Assembly (NCBI RefSeq): GCF_009914755.1
Contig: NC_060934.1
DNA length: 64,000 nt
Origin: the human T2T-CHM13v2.0 reference genome, Homo sapiens
Strand: one strand, 5' to 3'
Positions 1-23,440 of this stretch are shown here, one piece after another. A model generated the notes under the pieces. The model did not search any database. It had not been told where the DNA came from and saw nothing but the letters and a program-made list of their open reading frames with translations. Within the stretch, counting starts at the first letter, position 1. Every line of letters starts with the position of its first letter. A program made the translations under genes and the position numbers.

Positions 1-282
1 CGCTTTGGGAGGCTGAGTCAGGAGGATTGCTTGAGCCCAGAAGTTTGAGACCAGTCCAGGCAACATAGCAATACCCCATAACCCATTTCTACCAAAAAAA
101 AAAAAAAAAAAAATGTAATCAGGTGTAGTGGTGCACACATGTAGTCCCAGCTACTCAGGAGACTGAGGCAGGAGGATCACTTGAGCCTGGAAGGCTGAGG
201 CAGCAGTGAGTCACGATCATGCCACTGCACTCCAGCCTGGGCAACAGAGTGAGACTTTATCTCTAAAAGAATAAAAAATAAA
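1..282 (+). mobile_element. Alu (AluJ-like), cut by the window start
   Basis: Alu arms, A-rich linker and A-rich tail. Confidence 0.85.
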
Positions 283-967
283 AATAGTAATTTCTTAATT
301 GTGTAAACTGACAGATCAAAAATTGGAGAGCCTTGGAGTCTTAACCAAGGGGCCAGGCACCCCCAGAGTCAACATCAGAAGCTCAAAATTGCAGGACTGG
401 TTCAGCCTCATTACTCCCATCGCCCAGCCTTTGTAGTCCCAACTGGCTTTGCTGGACAGGTCACCTTTCTTGTTGAGCTGATGCCCATTCCTTTGTTCGG
501 CTGCTTTCACTGAGCACTCCTGTGCCAGTCAGTGGGGTGTACAAAGGGGTAAATCCTGTCCTGATGGGAGAGATAGGCAGCTGCAATACAGCAAGGAGAG
601 TCCTGTGATGGAGGTTTGCACAGGGGTAAGGAAGAAGTGATGAGAGCCCTCTCTTGGTCAGGGTCCCAATAAGGGATTGGTGCCTTCAAAGTAAGATATT
701 GGAGGAAGGTATATTTATAAAGGAATAGCATAGGGGATAGTGATGTAACCCAGGGCTAGTGGTTGGCCTGGCTGTCACTCTCCTAAGGCTGAAGGGACCA
801 GAAGAGGGAGTGGGATCCAAGAACCTAGAGGAGAAAGTTGTGTTGAGTGTTCTTGAGAGTGACTGTTAGCAGTGACCTTCAATCAAGGGGCATAGCACCT
901 CGGGCAATCCCAAAGGGAGGGAACTCTAGCCTCACTCTCCTCCCTTCTGCTGATTTCCTGTGAGAAC

Positions 968-1275
968 TTTTTTTTTTTTTGAGATAGAGTCTTGCTCTGT
1001 TGCCCAGGCTGGAGTGCAGTGGCATAGTGGCATGATCTTGGCTCACTGCAGCCTCTGCCTCCCGAGTTCAAGCAATTCTCCTGCCTCGGCCTCCTGAGTA
1101 GCTGGGATTACAGGTGCATGCTACTATGCTCAGCTATTTTATTATTATTATTTTTGGTAGAAACAGGGTTTCACCATGCTGGCCAGGCTGGTCTGGAACT
1201 CCTGACCCTCTAGTGATTCTCCCATCTCTGCCACCCAAAGTGCTGGGATTGCAGGCGTGAGCCACCATGCTCCTG
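968..1275 (-). mobile_element. Alu
   Basis: Poly-T plus antisense Alu body; degenerate TSD tgttgagaactt / tgttagaactt. Confidence 0.85.
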
Positions 1276-1364
1276 TTAGAACTTTCACTGGCTTAACCCA
1301 ATTAGATGCCAGAGGGCCCAGGAGCCCCACACAGGCCAGCCCTCTAGGGCAGGGAGCAGGGTGG

Positions 1365-1602
1365 ACATACTGGTTTTCTGTTGCTGCAAATCAGCAGCTT
1401 ACAACACACATTTGTTCTCTCACATCTCCTTTGCACCAGGAGTCCAGGAATAGCTCATCTGAGTGCTATGCTTAGGTCCTCCTAAGGCTGTGGTCAGAGT
1501 GTCAGGCGGGCTGCATCCTCATCTGGGGCTCCAGTGGGGAAGGATCTGCTTCCCAGCTCCCTCAGGTTTGTGTTGGCAGAATTCCTTTCCTTGGAGCTGT
1601 CA
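1365..1602 (-). mobile_element. MaLR LTR fragment (MLT1-type)
   Basis: Motifs typical of MLT1, e.g. ggctgcatcctcatctggggct and ggcagaattcctttccttggagctgt. Confidence 0.55.
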
Positions 1603-2169
1603 GGGATCTGTCTTGCACAGTGGGGAATGGAAGGGCAAACAGAAGATACTCAGAGAAGGTGACACCTGAGCCTTCCTGAAGATGAGCAGAGGGCAAAGAA
1701 GAGAACACCTGCGCAGAGTTTCGGAGGCAAGGGAGTCATCAGTGTGTCCACAGATCTGCCAGTCCATTCATTTGGCCTAGAGTATAAGGCAGAGGAGGTA
1801 TAGGACCTGTTTCACGGTGGCCTAGTGAGACTTACTGAGAAGTCTGGACTTTGTTCTGCAGATTGGGGATAGGGATGGGCTTTGGAGGATTTTTAAGCAG
1901 GAGAAAGGTGTATCGTTTCCATTTTGGGAACAACACTGAACAGCAGGAGGCAGGAGATCAGTGAGGAAGAGGTTGTTGGCCACCCAAGTGAAGGATGCAG
2001 AAGGCTAACGCATGGTGTGGCAGTTGAGATGGAGAGAAGAGGACAGATTGAGGGCCACTGAGAAGGGAGGGGGCAGAGTTGCCAGAACTCACTGACTGTC
2101 TGACCAGCTGCACATGGGGAGAGGGAGGACTGGAGGATAACTCTTGGGATTCTGGCCTGGTGGATTTTT

Positions 2170-2925
<756 letters not shown>

Positions 2926-3154
2926 GGTGCTCTTCTTCAAGCTAGGTAAAGATGGAAAGATCAGGTTTGGTAAGATACTGAGTTTGGATTTGTGTAGACT
3001 GAACTAGAAGTATCTAGGTCTGGTTCTTTGCTTGGGTATAGATTTGGGAATCCTCAACAGAGGTGTGGTGGCTGAAGCCATTTCATGAGGTTGCTGAAGG
3101 AGACCGTGTGGTGAGGAGGGGCGGAGACTGAGTCCTGGAGAAAGTGGAACTCTG

Positions 3155-3442
<288 letters not shown>

Positions 3443-4211
3443 AGAAAGTGGAACTCTGACTTTGTCCCTCTTTCCCCACCTAGGAAGTCCCCTAGGGGAC
3501 AGGCGGAGGCCACGCAAGGGGAAATGTTCACGTTCTGCTTTCCTAGTGAAGAGGTTTCCAATGACGGCCTCCCTTCGCCAGACTGTCGTTCATCCTCTGC
3601 GTAGGTGTAAGGGGCAGAGCAGTGGCTAGTCCTGGGGCATCATGGGGCTTGGGCCAGCACTGAAGGTCTTAGAGCAGATTGACAGGAAACGGTACAAATA
3701 GGAAAGGCAGCTGGCATTCCAAGCATGTGCTGGAGTTTGGGTGAGTGGTCCTTGGACTTGCTTGGCATTGCCCTGGGATACAGAGAGATTGTAGAGAAGC
3801 TGCAGGCAGCCTCTGTAAAGCCCTAGAGCAACAGGAGGTCTGCGGTTTAGGTTTCTCTATAGTCTCTGGGTCCAGCTGGGCCTAAGGCTGGGCTTGTCCC
3901 TATGCCTGTTGGAGACATGCATGGGAGATGTGTATGTGTGTGCACTTAGAGGGAGGCCACTGAAGGAAAAGGTCTGCAGGTCTATACCACCCATGCCCAC
4001 CTCCACCCCCTACCCCCTGCACAGGATCTAGGTCCATTCTTCTGGAGGGAATAGCTAGCCCAGTAAGGTGAGAACTCAGCCTGATTCCCAAGGAGAAGGG
4101 CTGGTTGGAAAGGAGGACTAACCCCAGGATAAAGGATGGGTCTGCCCAGTTCTCCATCCAGCCTGGGACCAGGAGGAAGGGGAAGAGGAAGGGGGAAAGA
4201 AAGAGACAACA

Positions 4212-4657
<446 letters not shown>

Positions 4658-4938
4658 TCACTGGGCTTGAGACTGAGCCATAATGCCTAACCCTGGTACC
4701 TTTGCAGGGTCAGTAGCCACCGTGGCTGGCCTGGCATTCCTTGCTTCAAAGACCAATGGAAGCATCCAGGCCACCCCCAGAGGAAGGGGCCTGACCTTGG
4801 GCCTCTCTTGCCATGTCCTTGGCATATGCATATGAACACTTAGCAACAGACTATGTGAAGCCTTGCACGCTAGACCTGCAGATACAGTAGTGACCAAGAT
4901 ACAACCCTGCCCTTGTGGGGTTTATAGTCTAGGCTGGA

Positions 4939-4981
<43 letters not shown>

Positions 4982-4992
4982 TTGTTGATGAT
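4939..4992. repeat. (GAT)14(GTT)2(GAT)2 microsatellite forming the tail of an antisense Alu (4993-5281)
   Basis: Read directly from the sequence. Confidence 0.92.
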
Positions 4993-4997
4993 TTTAA

Positions 4998-5156
<159 letters not shown>

Positions 5157-5159
5157 TAG

Positions 5160-5297
<138 letters not shown>

Positions 5298-5365
5298 TAG
5301 AAAATTTTGGAAAATACAAAGAAGTTTGAAAAACAAAAATTATACTGTAGTAGCCACTATAATAA

Positions 5366-6442
<1,077 letters not shown>

Positions 6443-7060
6443 AAATTTACCATTTTAACCATTTTTAGATTTACAGTTCAGTGGAATTAAGTACATTTAC
6501 CTTGTTGTGCAACCATAACCACCTTCCACTTTCAGAAACACTCTGTACCCCTTAAACAATAACTCCCCCTTCTCACTTCCTCCAAACCCTGGCAACCACC
6601 ATCTTATTTCTGTCTCTATGAATGTGACTACTCTGGGTACTTCATATAAGTGGAATCATATGACATTTGTCCCTTTGTGCCTGGCTTATTTCACTTAGCA
6701 TAATGTCTTCAGGGTTCATCCATGTTGTAGCAGATGTCAGAATTTTCTTCCTTTTTAAAGGCTAATATTCCATTATATGTGTATACCAATTTGGCTTGTC
6801 CATCCATCTATTGACTGACTCTTGGGTTGCTTCTACCTTTTGACTATTGCTAATAATGCTACTCTGAACATCAGTATACAAATTTCTATTCAAGACCCTG
6901 CTTTCAGTTCTTTTGGATATATACCTGGAAGTAGAATTGCTGGATCATGTGGCAATTCTATGTTTAATTTTTGAGGAACCGCCATACTGTTTTCCATAGC
7001 AGCTGTATCATCTTACATTTCCACCAGCAATGTGTAAGGGTCCCAATTTCATGACCATTG
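6443..7060 (-). mobile_element. Old L1 (L1MA/MB-type) 3' fragment
   Basis: L1M 3'UTR antisense motifs, and an ORF2 C-terminal remnant GTLTHCWWKCKMIQLLWKTVWRFLK in ORF 6964..7197. Confidence 0.75.
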
Positions 7061-7439
7061 TGAAAGGAGTTTATTTTTATGCTATAGTGAATAATAGGTG
7101 AACAGAAAACATTAGAGGCTATAGAGTGGGGTTCTGATGTAAAGTTCCTGTTCCTCTTTACCAGTAAGAGGTGGAAAGAGAACCCCTCACCTCTCAAAGA
7201 TTAGTCCTTCTGCTTTCAGAACCATTGTTTTTAGTGACTTGTAATGTCCTACCACATAATGTGCCAGAACTCATATAATACCGCTACTTGTAGAACAGTT
7301 AGATTGTTTCTAGATTTTTTATTCTTATAAATACTACTGAATATACTTATGCAAGAGGCTTTTTTTTTTCCAAATGTAAGATTATTCCCTTAGGTAAATT
7401 AGCAGAACTGGAAACTGCTACTGTAAGTAATCACTGACA

Positions 7440-7955
7440 CTAAGATCTACTGTGTTCCAGGTGCTGTTCTAAGTGTTTTCTATATTATATGTTAACTCAT
7501 TTTAGTAGCTACCATATGGAAACTACAATTATCTTCGTTTTTGAAAAAAGACTTTTTTAGAGCCGTTTTAGGTTCTCAGCAAAATTGAGCAGAAAGTACA
7601 GAGAGCTACCACACACCCTCTGCTTACCACACGCATGCATGCACACACACACATGTATGCAGCCTCTCCCGCTGTCAACATCCTTACCCAGATTGGTACA
7701 TTTGTTACAGTCAGTGAACCTACGTTGACACATCATCACCACCCAAAGTTCATAGTTTACATTAGAAGTGAGAAGGTATATAAGTGAAATGTAGATAAGA
7801 AGAGAAGTAAACTCTTCTTATCTACATTTTACAGATGAAGAAACTGAGGTACAGAGAGGCTAAGTGATTTGCCAAGGGTCACACAGCCAGGAAGGGTGGC
7901 AGAGCTAGGATTTGGGCATAGGCAGCCTGGCTTCAGAGACTGTGCTCTGGCACTG
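7440..7955. mobile_element. MIR split by an L1MC/MD-type 3' fragment (about 7540-7765)
   Basis: MIR core cattttacagatgaagaaactgagg..aagggtcacacagc resumes at about 7820. The L1 insert carries gcaaaattgagcagaaagtacagagag...acccaaagttcatagtttacattag. Confidence 0.65.
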
Positions 7956-8047
7956 CTGACATTTTGGTGGCTCTTGATGCATATTCAGTGCTTTTTAAGT
8001 GTGGCAGTGTTTTGCTTTGTGCGGGTCAGACAGTGGACACTTCAGGA

Positions 8048-8153
8048 TCGGTTGACCAACTGTCCCCATTTGCCTGGGCTTTTCCTGGTATGTGGGGCTT
8101 TCAGTTCTAAAGCCAGAAAAGTCCTGGGCAAACAAGACAAGTTGGTCACCCTG
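8048..8153. mobile_element. hAT-Blackjack MITE (MER81/MER94-like)
   Basis: Terminal inverted repeats tcggttgaccaact... / ...agttggtcaccctg, internal tttgcctggg / cctgggcaaa symmetry, and an 8-bp TSD cttcagga / cttcagtg. Confidence 0.75.
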
Positions 8154-8159
8154 CTTCAG

Positions 8160-9370
8160 TGACTCCAGAGTCTTTTTTAGTAACTTAATTGTCACATCTC
8201 TTAGATGCCTTCAAATGTTTCCTCAATCTTTCTGTTTTTCATGACCTTTTGAAGAGTACAGGTCAGTTATTTTATAGAATGTCCTTCAATTTGGATTTAT
8301 CTGATGTTTCCTCATGCGTAGGATCAGTGTATGTATTTCTCCATAGGAATATCACAGACATGTTGTGCCCTTCTTAGTGATCATATCAGGAGGCACTTGA
8401 TGTTGATTTGTCTAATTACTGTTGATGATGTCTAATTACTTTGATTGTTTGGTTAAGGTGGTGTCTGCTAGGTTTCTCTTCTGTATAGTTACTGCTTTTC
8501 CATTAATAATTAATAAGTAACTTGTGGGAAGGCATTTTGAGGCTATGTCAGTATCTTGTTTCTCATCAGATTTTTTACCCACTATTTTTACCACCCGTTG
8601 ATGATTCTTGCCTGAATTATTATTACAATAGTTGTCAAATGGTGACTTCTCATTTGATAATTGTTTCTACATTCATTCATTGATATTGAGATTTTACTGT
8701 AAGGAAGAGTCTTCTCCATATTTACTTACTTATTCATTTATTTATATCAATGTATTAGGGCTCTCTAGGAAAAACAATTGGAGATGCACATCCACATATC
8801 TATATATTATCTATACACATAATATAAATACAAATCTATAAAGAGATTTAGGAGAAAGAATTAGCTCATGCGATTACAGATGCTGGCAAGTCCAAAATCT
8901 TTAGAGCCAGTGTCACTAGGTCCATTACAATCAGTGTGGACTCATAGATTTTTATTTTAATTAATAGATTATAATTTGTTAGGATGCTTTAATTTAATGC
9001 TCAGATTGTTGTTGATTTGGCCAGTGAGAACCTTGAGTTTGGCTTCTCTCTACTTTTGGCATGTTCCCATCATTCTCTGAACCACTTCCTTACTTTCTGG
9101 CACAGTAGGAAATTTCAGAATCATTTTGTACTTTGCCAGCCCAGGAATCAGCCATTTATCCAGGAAGCCCTGGTTTTATTTAGTGGAGAATGGTATATAG
9201 AAGCCATGATCCGGAGGCTAGGTATTATCATTGCTCTTGGAGTGTCACTGCTCCCAGTGGCCAGAACTAGGAAACACACATGCACATATACACATACCAC
9301 TCTATTTCCATATTGGTTTCTCTCTTAAATACCATGAATTCATACTGATACCTCCAATTCTAAAGCTATA
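8160..9370 (-). mobile_element. L1MC-type 3'UTR with an inserted MLT2-like fragment (about 8750-8905)
   Basis: ttttgaagagtacaggtcagttattttatagaatgtcc (L1MC) and tgtattagggctctctag...gctggcaagtccaaaatct (MLT2). Confidence 0.55.
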
Positions 9371-9374
9371 CCTA

Positions 9375-10138
<764 letters not shown>

Positions 10139-10369
10139 TTAGCATTTTCTCCCTCCTCATTGATTCTGTTTCATTTATTTTGAGTATGTGAAAGCATTAT
10201 CACGGATCCAAAACCAAAAGTGAGAACTATACAAAAAGGTATATTCAAATAAATGTTACCCACCTCCACACCCTGCAGTGCTTTCTACCGCCTTCCCACC
10301 TACTGTATGTAAGAATCCATCTCATTCATTTTTGGTTTATCCTTCCCACATGGCTTTCTACAGAAATGA

Positions 10370-14998
<4,629 letters not shown>

Positions 14999-16548
14999 AT
15001 GGTGTTGAGCATGAGATGCTGACTTTCAGCAGTCATTTTGGGCTCTTGGATGCTCACTGATACCTTCTTAGTGAGGTACTCTGGGGGAGACCTTTGGGTG
15101 AGTTCTGATGGTCAGGCTGTTGTGTGTCTAGGATTCAAGGCATGTGTTCTTGTCTTTGGTTTGATGTTACTCTTGGGGCTGGCACAGCCATCAGGCAGAC
15201 TTGCCAAACTGCTGGGACAAAGCCAGCCTTCCCCCGGACACCCCCGTGAACAGGATCCAGGGTTCTTGAGCAGGAAACAATCTTGAGAGTCTTATCTCAT
15301 CCTTCCTTTTGCAATAAGACAGTTAGAACCCCTTACCCCCACTCTGCCAGCCTGGGAAGAATTTTTTTCTTTCTTTCTTTAATTTCTATAGGAAGAAATT
15401 CCACTGGCCCCAGTTACCACCAGCCAGTATTTTAGTAGACTTCTGTGTTAGAAAAATGCTTTGCTCTGACCCAGATCCCACCTTCTGCAGCACATGCCAA
15501 TTTCCCCTTATACTTTCCTTTCTTGGAAGATGTGAGAGACAGCCGCTCCCTAGGAGGGGCTTCATTCTCTGTTCAGACAAAACCACTTTGGCTAGAGAAG
15601 CCCTCATGTGAGGAAGTCCAGACCAAGCCAGGCCCCTCCAGGAGACTTTAAAGATGGAATGACCTTGTCACTTGGTGATTGCTTGGGCAGCCTGCTTTGA
15701 AAAAGAGAACTTCTGACAGACTTCAGGTCGTGTGTTTATCCTGAGGCTGGGCCATTCCAAACTCATGTTTCAGGGTTTAGAGGTTGCGTCCAGCCAGCCC
15801 GTGGGTGGTAATCAAATGCAGGTGGAGACCATCTGGCCGGGCCTGTCCCTCCCACCCAGCCAAGTAAGGGCTGGCCTGCCCACCACAGAACTGGCCCAGA
15901 AAGCACCCTGCGTGGAGGCAGATGGTGGACACATGCGTGTGCACGCATGCACACCTCTAGGCGCGTGTGCACGGACCCTCCTTAGTGAAGTGGTGCTGTG
16001 TGGATGCATCTGATCCAGTGATTTCTTTCTCTGCATTTGAGGGTTCTTCCCATTGTGCAGCCGAAGAGGAACAAGTTTCTTTTAGTCTGTTTCTCAAGTT
16101 TTTGTGGTTAGAAATCATGTACGTTTCTTGGCCCAAGATGAAAGCCCTGGAGTAATAGTCTAATACATTTTACAAAGCTGCCTCTAATTGGTGGCTGCTT
16201 AAAATCTTCCCTTTGCCCTACTGACCCATCTCCCTTTACAGAGTTTTAACTCTAGTCAATCTTGCATTACTCCATGTTTTCACACCCCTCCCAAACCTGC
16301 AGCTCCAGGGAGGTAGCTCTTCCAACTTCAGTTTGATAGCTGTTCCCTCAGCCTGCCTGCACTGAATTGACCTCAAACAGGGTAATTCAGCAAGGAAATA
16401 AAATAGCTTACAATGTGTTGTCCAAGCATCTTCTGCTGGCCTGGTCTCCAAAATTCCACGTGTGTACCCTCAAAATGGATTCTGTTTCCCACATTGCTAT
16501 AGATACCTGGGGAAAATGAAACCGTGGATACTTCATTTAAACATAGTT

Positions 16549-17225
16549 GGGCCAGGTGCTGTGGCTCTTGCCTGTGTTCCTAGCACTTTGGGAGGCCAAG
16601 GCGGGAGGATTACTTGAGCCTGGGAGTTCAAGGACTAGCCTAGGCAATGTGTTGAGACCTGTCTCTACAAAAGTTTTAAAAATTAGCTGGACATGGTGGT
16701 GCACACCTGTGGTTCCAGCTACTTGGGAGGTTGAGGTGGAAGGATTGCCTAAGACCGGGAGGTCAAGGCTACAGTGAGCCATGTTCACACCATTGTATAG
16801 AGCAAGATGCTGTCTCGGAAAGAAAGAGAGAGAGGCGGGGGGGAGAGAGAGAGAGAAAGAAAGAGAGAAAGAAAGAGAGGCTGGGCATGGTGGCTCATAT
16901 CTGTAATCCCAATACTTTGAGAGGCTGAGGCCAAAGGATTGCTTGAGCCCAGGAATTTGAAACCAGTCTGGGCAACATAGGGAGACTTTATCTCTACTAA
17001 AAAAAAAGAAAGAAATTAGCCAGGTGCTAGGTGCCATGATGTGCCAGCTACTCGGGAGGCTGAGACAAGAGGATCGCTTGAGCCCCCAGGAGTTCACACA
17101 TGCAGTGAGCTGAAGATCACGCCACTGCACTCCAGCCTGAGTAACAGAGCGAGACCCTGTCTCAAAAAAATACATAGATGATAGAGAGATAGAGAGATAG
17201 ATAGATAGATACATACATACATAGA
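16549..17225 (+). mobile_element. Two tandem AluJ-like elements with GA-rich and (AGAT)n/(ACAT)n tails
   Basis: Alu bodies at about 16549-16817 and 16879-17170. Simple repeats at 16818-16878 and 17172-17225. Confidence 0.85.
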
Positions 17226-18192
17226 GTTTGATCATGATGGTTTCTAATGATACCTTTTCAGTCCATTGGAGAACTTAGCTTCTCAGAGGTGATCTTTCCC
17301 TGCAAAGTGCAGGAGGTCTGGGTTCACCCAGGCACAGAAAACTAGGACAGATGTCAGCTTCTGAGACTTGGGAATCTCTTTCTATCCCATCTCCTGGCCT
17401 TGCCTCTCGGGGTGATGATGATCATGATGAAGAAAAGATGCCACGCGGAATTCTAGGGTTGGGCATTGACTGCATCATCAGCCCTTGAGAATTCTCACCT
17501 CTGATCACCTGTTTCAGGAGCTTGGTTGGCTGTCATCTTAGTTTATGGTTTGTGTTTGTATGCTGACGAGTTTACAGGTGTATAATCATTGTGGCTCATG
17601 TTTGTACAAGATATAATTACTGAAAATTATATCATGAATGTATTTTAATTTTAACCTTCCCATGCTGGCAAGCCTCATGTAGCTCTCCCTGGATGCTTCC
17701 CTTACCTGGGGAGGTGTGGCACCCCACCAGCCAGGCCCAGCTCTCTGATCCACATCACTGCCCTCTCTGATGGAAGTCCCTTTCAGGGACTTCCCTGAGA
17801 CTTGGGGCTCCTGAGTGTTTCCTACAAACAGGGAGGCAGGGATTCCTGCTTTCTCTCATTGTCACTTTAATGAATTGTGGCCACAGAAGCAGTCATCCTC
17901 ATTATTCTGGGTCACTGAGGGATGGGAAGGGAGGGCAACCCATGCATCTCTAGGGTTCCAGCAATTGAAGAGTACATGTGGAGTGCCAGGTTTCAGGAAG
18001 AGCTTGTGCTAATTGAGGAGTGTGTGTTGGGTGCTGAGTTTCAGGAAGAATATGGGCCCACCCAGTATTTGGAATCTGCCTTAGGACCTGTCCACAAATG
18101 CTGAGTCTGGAGGCCAGCCAGTGCCACCCAAGGTTGTACCCTTGTGGGCAGAGTGGAGGTGGGAGTGGAGAAAGGGTCTCATCCTCACAGAG

Positions 18193-18550
18193 TGTATTAA
18201 TCCATTCTCACACTGATATAAAGACATACCTGAGATTGGGTAATTTATAAAGGAAAATAGGTTTAATTGACTCACAGTTCCACATGACTGGGAAGACCTC
18301 AGGAAACTTACAATGTTGGTGGAAGGAGAAGAGGGTGGCAGGCACAAGAGAGTGGGCAAAAGCAGAGAAAACTGCCCTATAAACCCATCAGATCTTGTGA
18401 GAACTCACTCACTATGACAAGAACACTGTGGAGGAAACCACCCCTGTGATCCAGTTATCTCCCACCTGGTTCCTCCCTTTACACGTGGAGACTATGGGGA
18501 TTACAATTCAAGATGAGATTTGGGTGGGGACACAGAGCCAAACCATATCA
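18193..18550 (-). mobile_element. THE1-family (ERVL-MaLR) solo LTR
   Basis: TG...CA termini. The minus strand starts TGATATGGTTTGGCTCTGTGTCCCCACCCAAATCTCATCTTGAATTGTA. Perfect 5-bp TSD CAGAG at 18188-92 and 18551-55. Confidence 0.9.
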
Positions 18551-18979
18551 CAGAGCATATAGCCTTGTGGCTCACAGGACATGTATCCTTAGCAAACAAA
18601 GTAGATGCCTATTAATAGCTTGAAGGAATAAGGAGCATGAACAAGGGAGATTTTCAGCAGTGTTGCCTCAATCATCCAGGAAGGAATGTTCCAGAGCCAC
18701 AAAATTTGGAACTCATAATTCAGAGTGCCAGCAGTAGAATTTGGCCAGGCCAAGGTCACATCCACATACCCGCAGCTGGCAGGAGGATGAGGCAAGAGTT
18801 CTGGTTCCTTATGGGCTTCTCAGGTTCCCTCCCCACAAGGCTCACATCCTGGGATACTCCTCTGAATGGAGGATTTGGATACTGAGGCCACCATAAAAAG
18901 GGGGAGAACTTTAGACTTTCAAGAGAGTGTTTTTCCTAAGGTAATTGAGCTTAAAACACTTGCTTTTTATGTCTTTCAG

Positions 18980-19116
18980 GTTTACAGGAACAGATGGACC
19001 TAGTGGTTTTGGCTTTGAGTTGACCTTTCGTCTGAAGAGAGAAACTGGGGAGTCTGCCCCACCAACATGGCCCGCAGAGTTAATGCAGGGCTTGGCACGA
19101 TACGTGTTCCAGTCAG
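18980..19116 (+). CDS. SUFU: SUFU coding exon 3 (137 nt)
   Basis: Translates (E)FTGTDGPSGFGFELTFRLKRETGESAPPTWPAELMQGLARYVFQS, the SUFU N-terminal domain. Acceptor tttttatgtctttcAG (18978-79), donor CAG|GTAGGA at 19117. Ends in phase 1, matching exon 4. Confidence 0.97.
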
Positions 19117-19559
19117 GTAGGAGGCCAGGGCTGGCTGCTGTGCTGGTCCTTTTGCCATGAGCCTGGTTGACTTTGAGTACTAGCAGCTATATTTTGATGT
19201 TTGTGGAGTGGCCTTTCCTGGGAGTACTATGCCCCAATTCTACCATGAGGATGGCTTGTTTTGCCTGGTGTTTCCTGGTTGGAAAACCAACTGGGCCATG
19301 GCAGAGAGGGGTACTCCCCTGTGCCCTCCAGCAGCAAGTTCTGTGTTATGTTGTGCCACCCTGCACCCTTGTCGTGTTTCATGGAGGGTTTCTTTCATGT
19401 CATCTGATATATGTTTCTCTGTGGCTAATTGCTCAGAAGCATTTCCCATCTGATCTCAGATTTTGTTTCTTTGTTTTTGTAAGTAGCCTTCAAATGAAGG
19501 CCAAGATACTTTTCCCAACCTTTTGCTCTTGAAATATCACAGATAAAGTTCAGAGCAAG

Positions 19560-19725
19560 CCATGGTCTCTCAAAGCATGGTTCTTATACCACCTGCCTCT
19601 GAACTACCTGGAGAGCTTGTTGCAAATACATATTCCTAGGCCCCATTGCAGATGTCTGACTCAGAATCTTTGAGGGTGATGTTCCTTGGTGCTTCTGGTA
19701 GAGACTAAATTTGGAGAACCATAGA
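19560..19725. mobile_element. MER5-like hAT-Charlie MITE
   Basis: tggtctctcaaagcatgg...acctggagagcttgttgcaaatacatattcctaggccc...tttggagaacca. Confidence 0.55.
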
Positions 19726-19752
19726 TCTGGTAGCTTCTGTAGTTACAGTGAC

Positions 19753-20054
<302 letters not shown>

Positions 20055-20264
20055 AGTGACTTCTTTTTTTAAACCTTGAGTAGGTTATACATTTGGGGTA
20101 CAATAGACCTGTCTAGGTTGAACCCCTCTGCCCGCATTTCACACCTGTGGGAGCCAGTTGTTGGCACATGAGGCAGATCCATAACTACCACCTACCATTG
20201 TATGCCCTGTGGAACAGTCCCCTCATGGAGGCTACAATGGGTCTTCTCTAAGCAGGAGTTCCTA

Positions 20265-21036
<772 letters not shown>

Positions 21037-21059
21037 TTATTATGTACCTTCTTATGTGT

Positions 21060-21958
<899 letters not shown>

Positions 21959-22389
21959 TGTGGCTGTTTGTTGAGTATACATTGACTAATATGTGCTCTG
22001 AGGCCCTTTCTGTACCTGATGGCCCCACTTATGGTCGTTATAATGTGCCTGCTGTAGTTTGTGTCTGCAGATCACTTTAGGGACGTCAGAACGGGACAGG
22101 GTGACTACACTCCTAAAAGTGTAATACTTGACTTTCTATTTTCCAGATTTCTTGTGATATGATTGTATTATTTAAATAACAGGTAAAACAAATCTACTTT
22201 AAATTTTTTTTAGAACATGGTAGGAAATAATAGTAAATTGTTTAAATAATGGGAAAATGATAAAGAAAAGTAAATGGTAACTGATTTAAGATAGGAGACC
22301 ATGGCTATGGGCCTAAATGGTGATGGGAATGACTAACATTTAGACTTGTGCTCTGTGTGCCATTGAATATGTGAGGTTAGGGACTGTGA

Positions 22390-23440
<1,051 letters not shown>

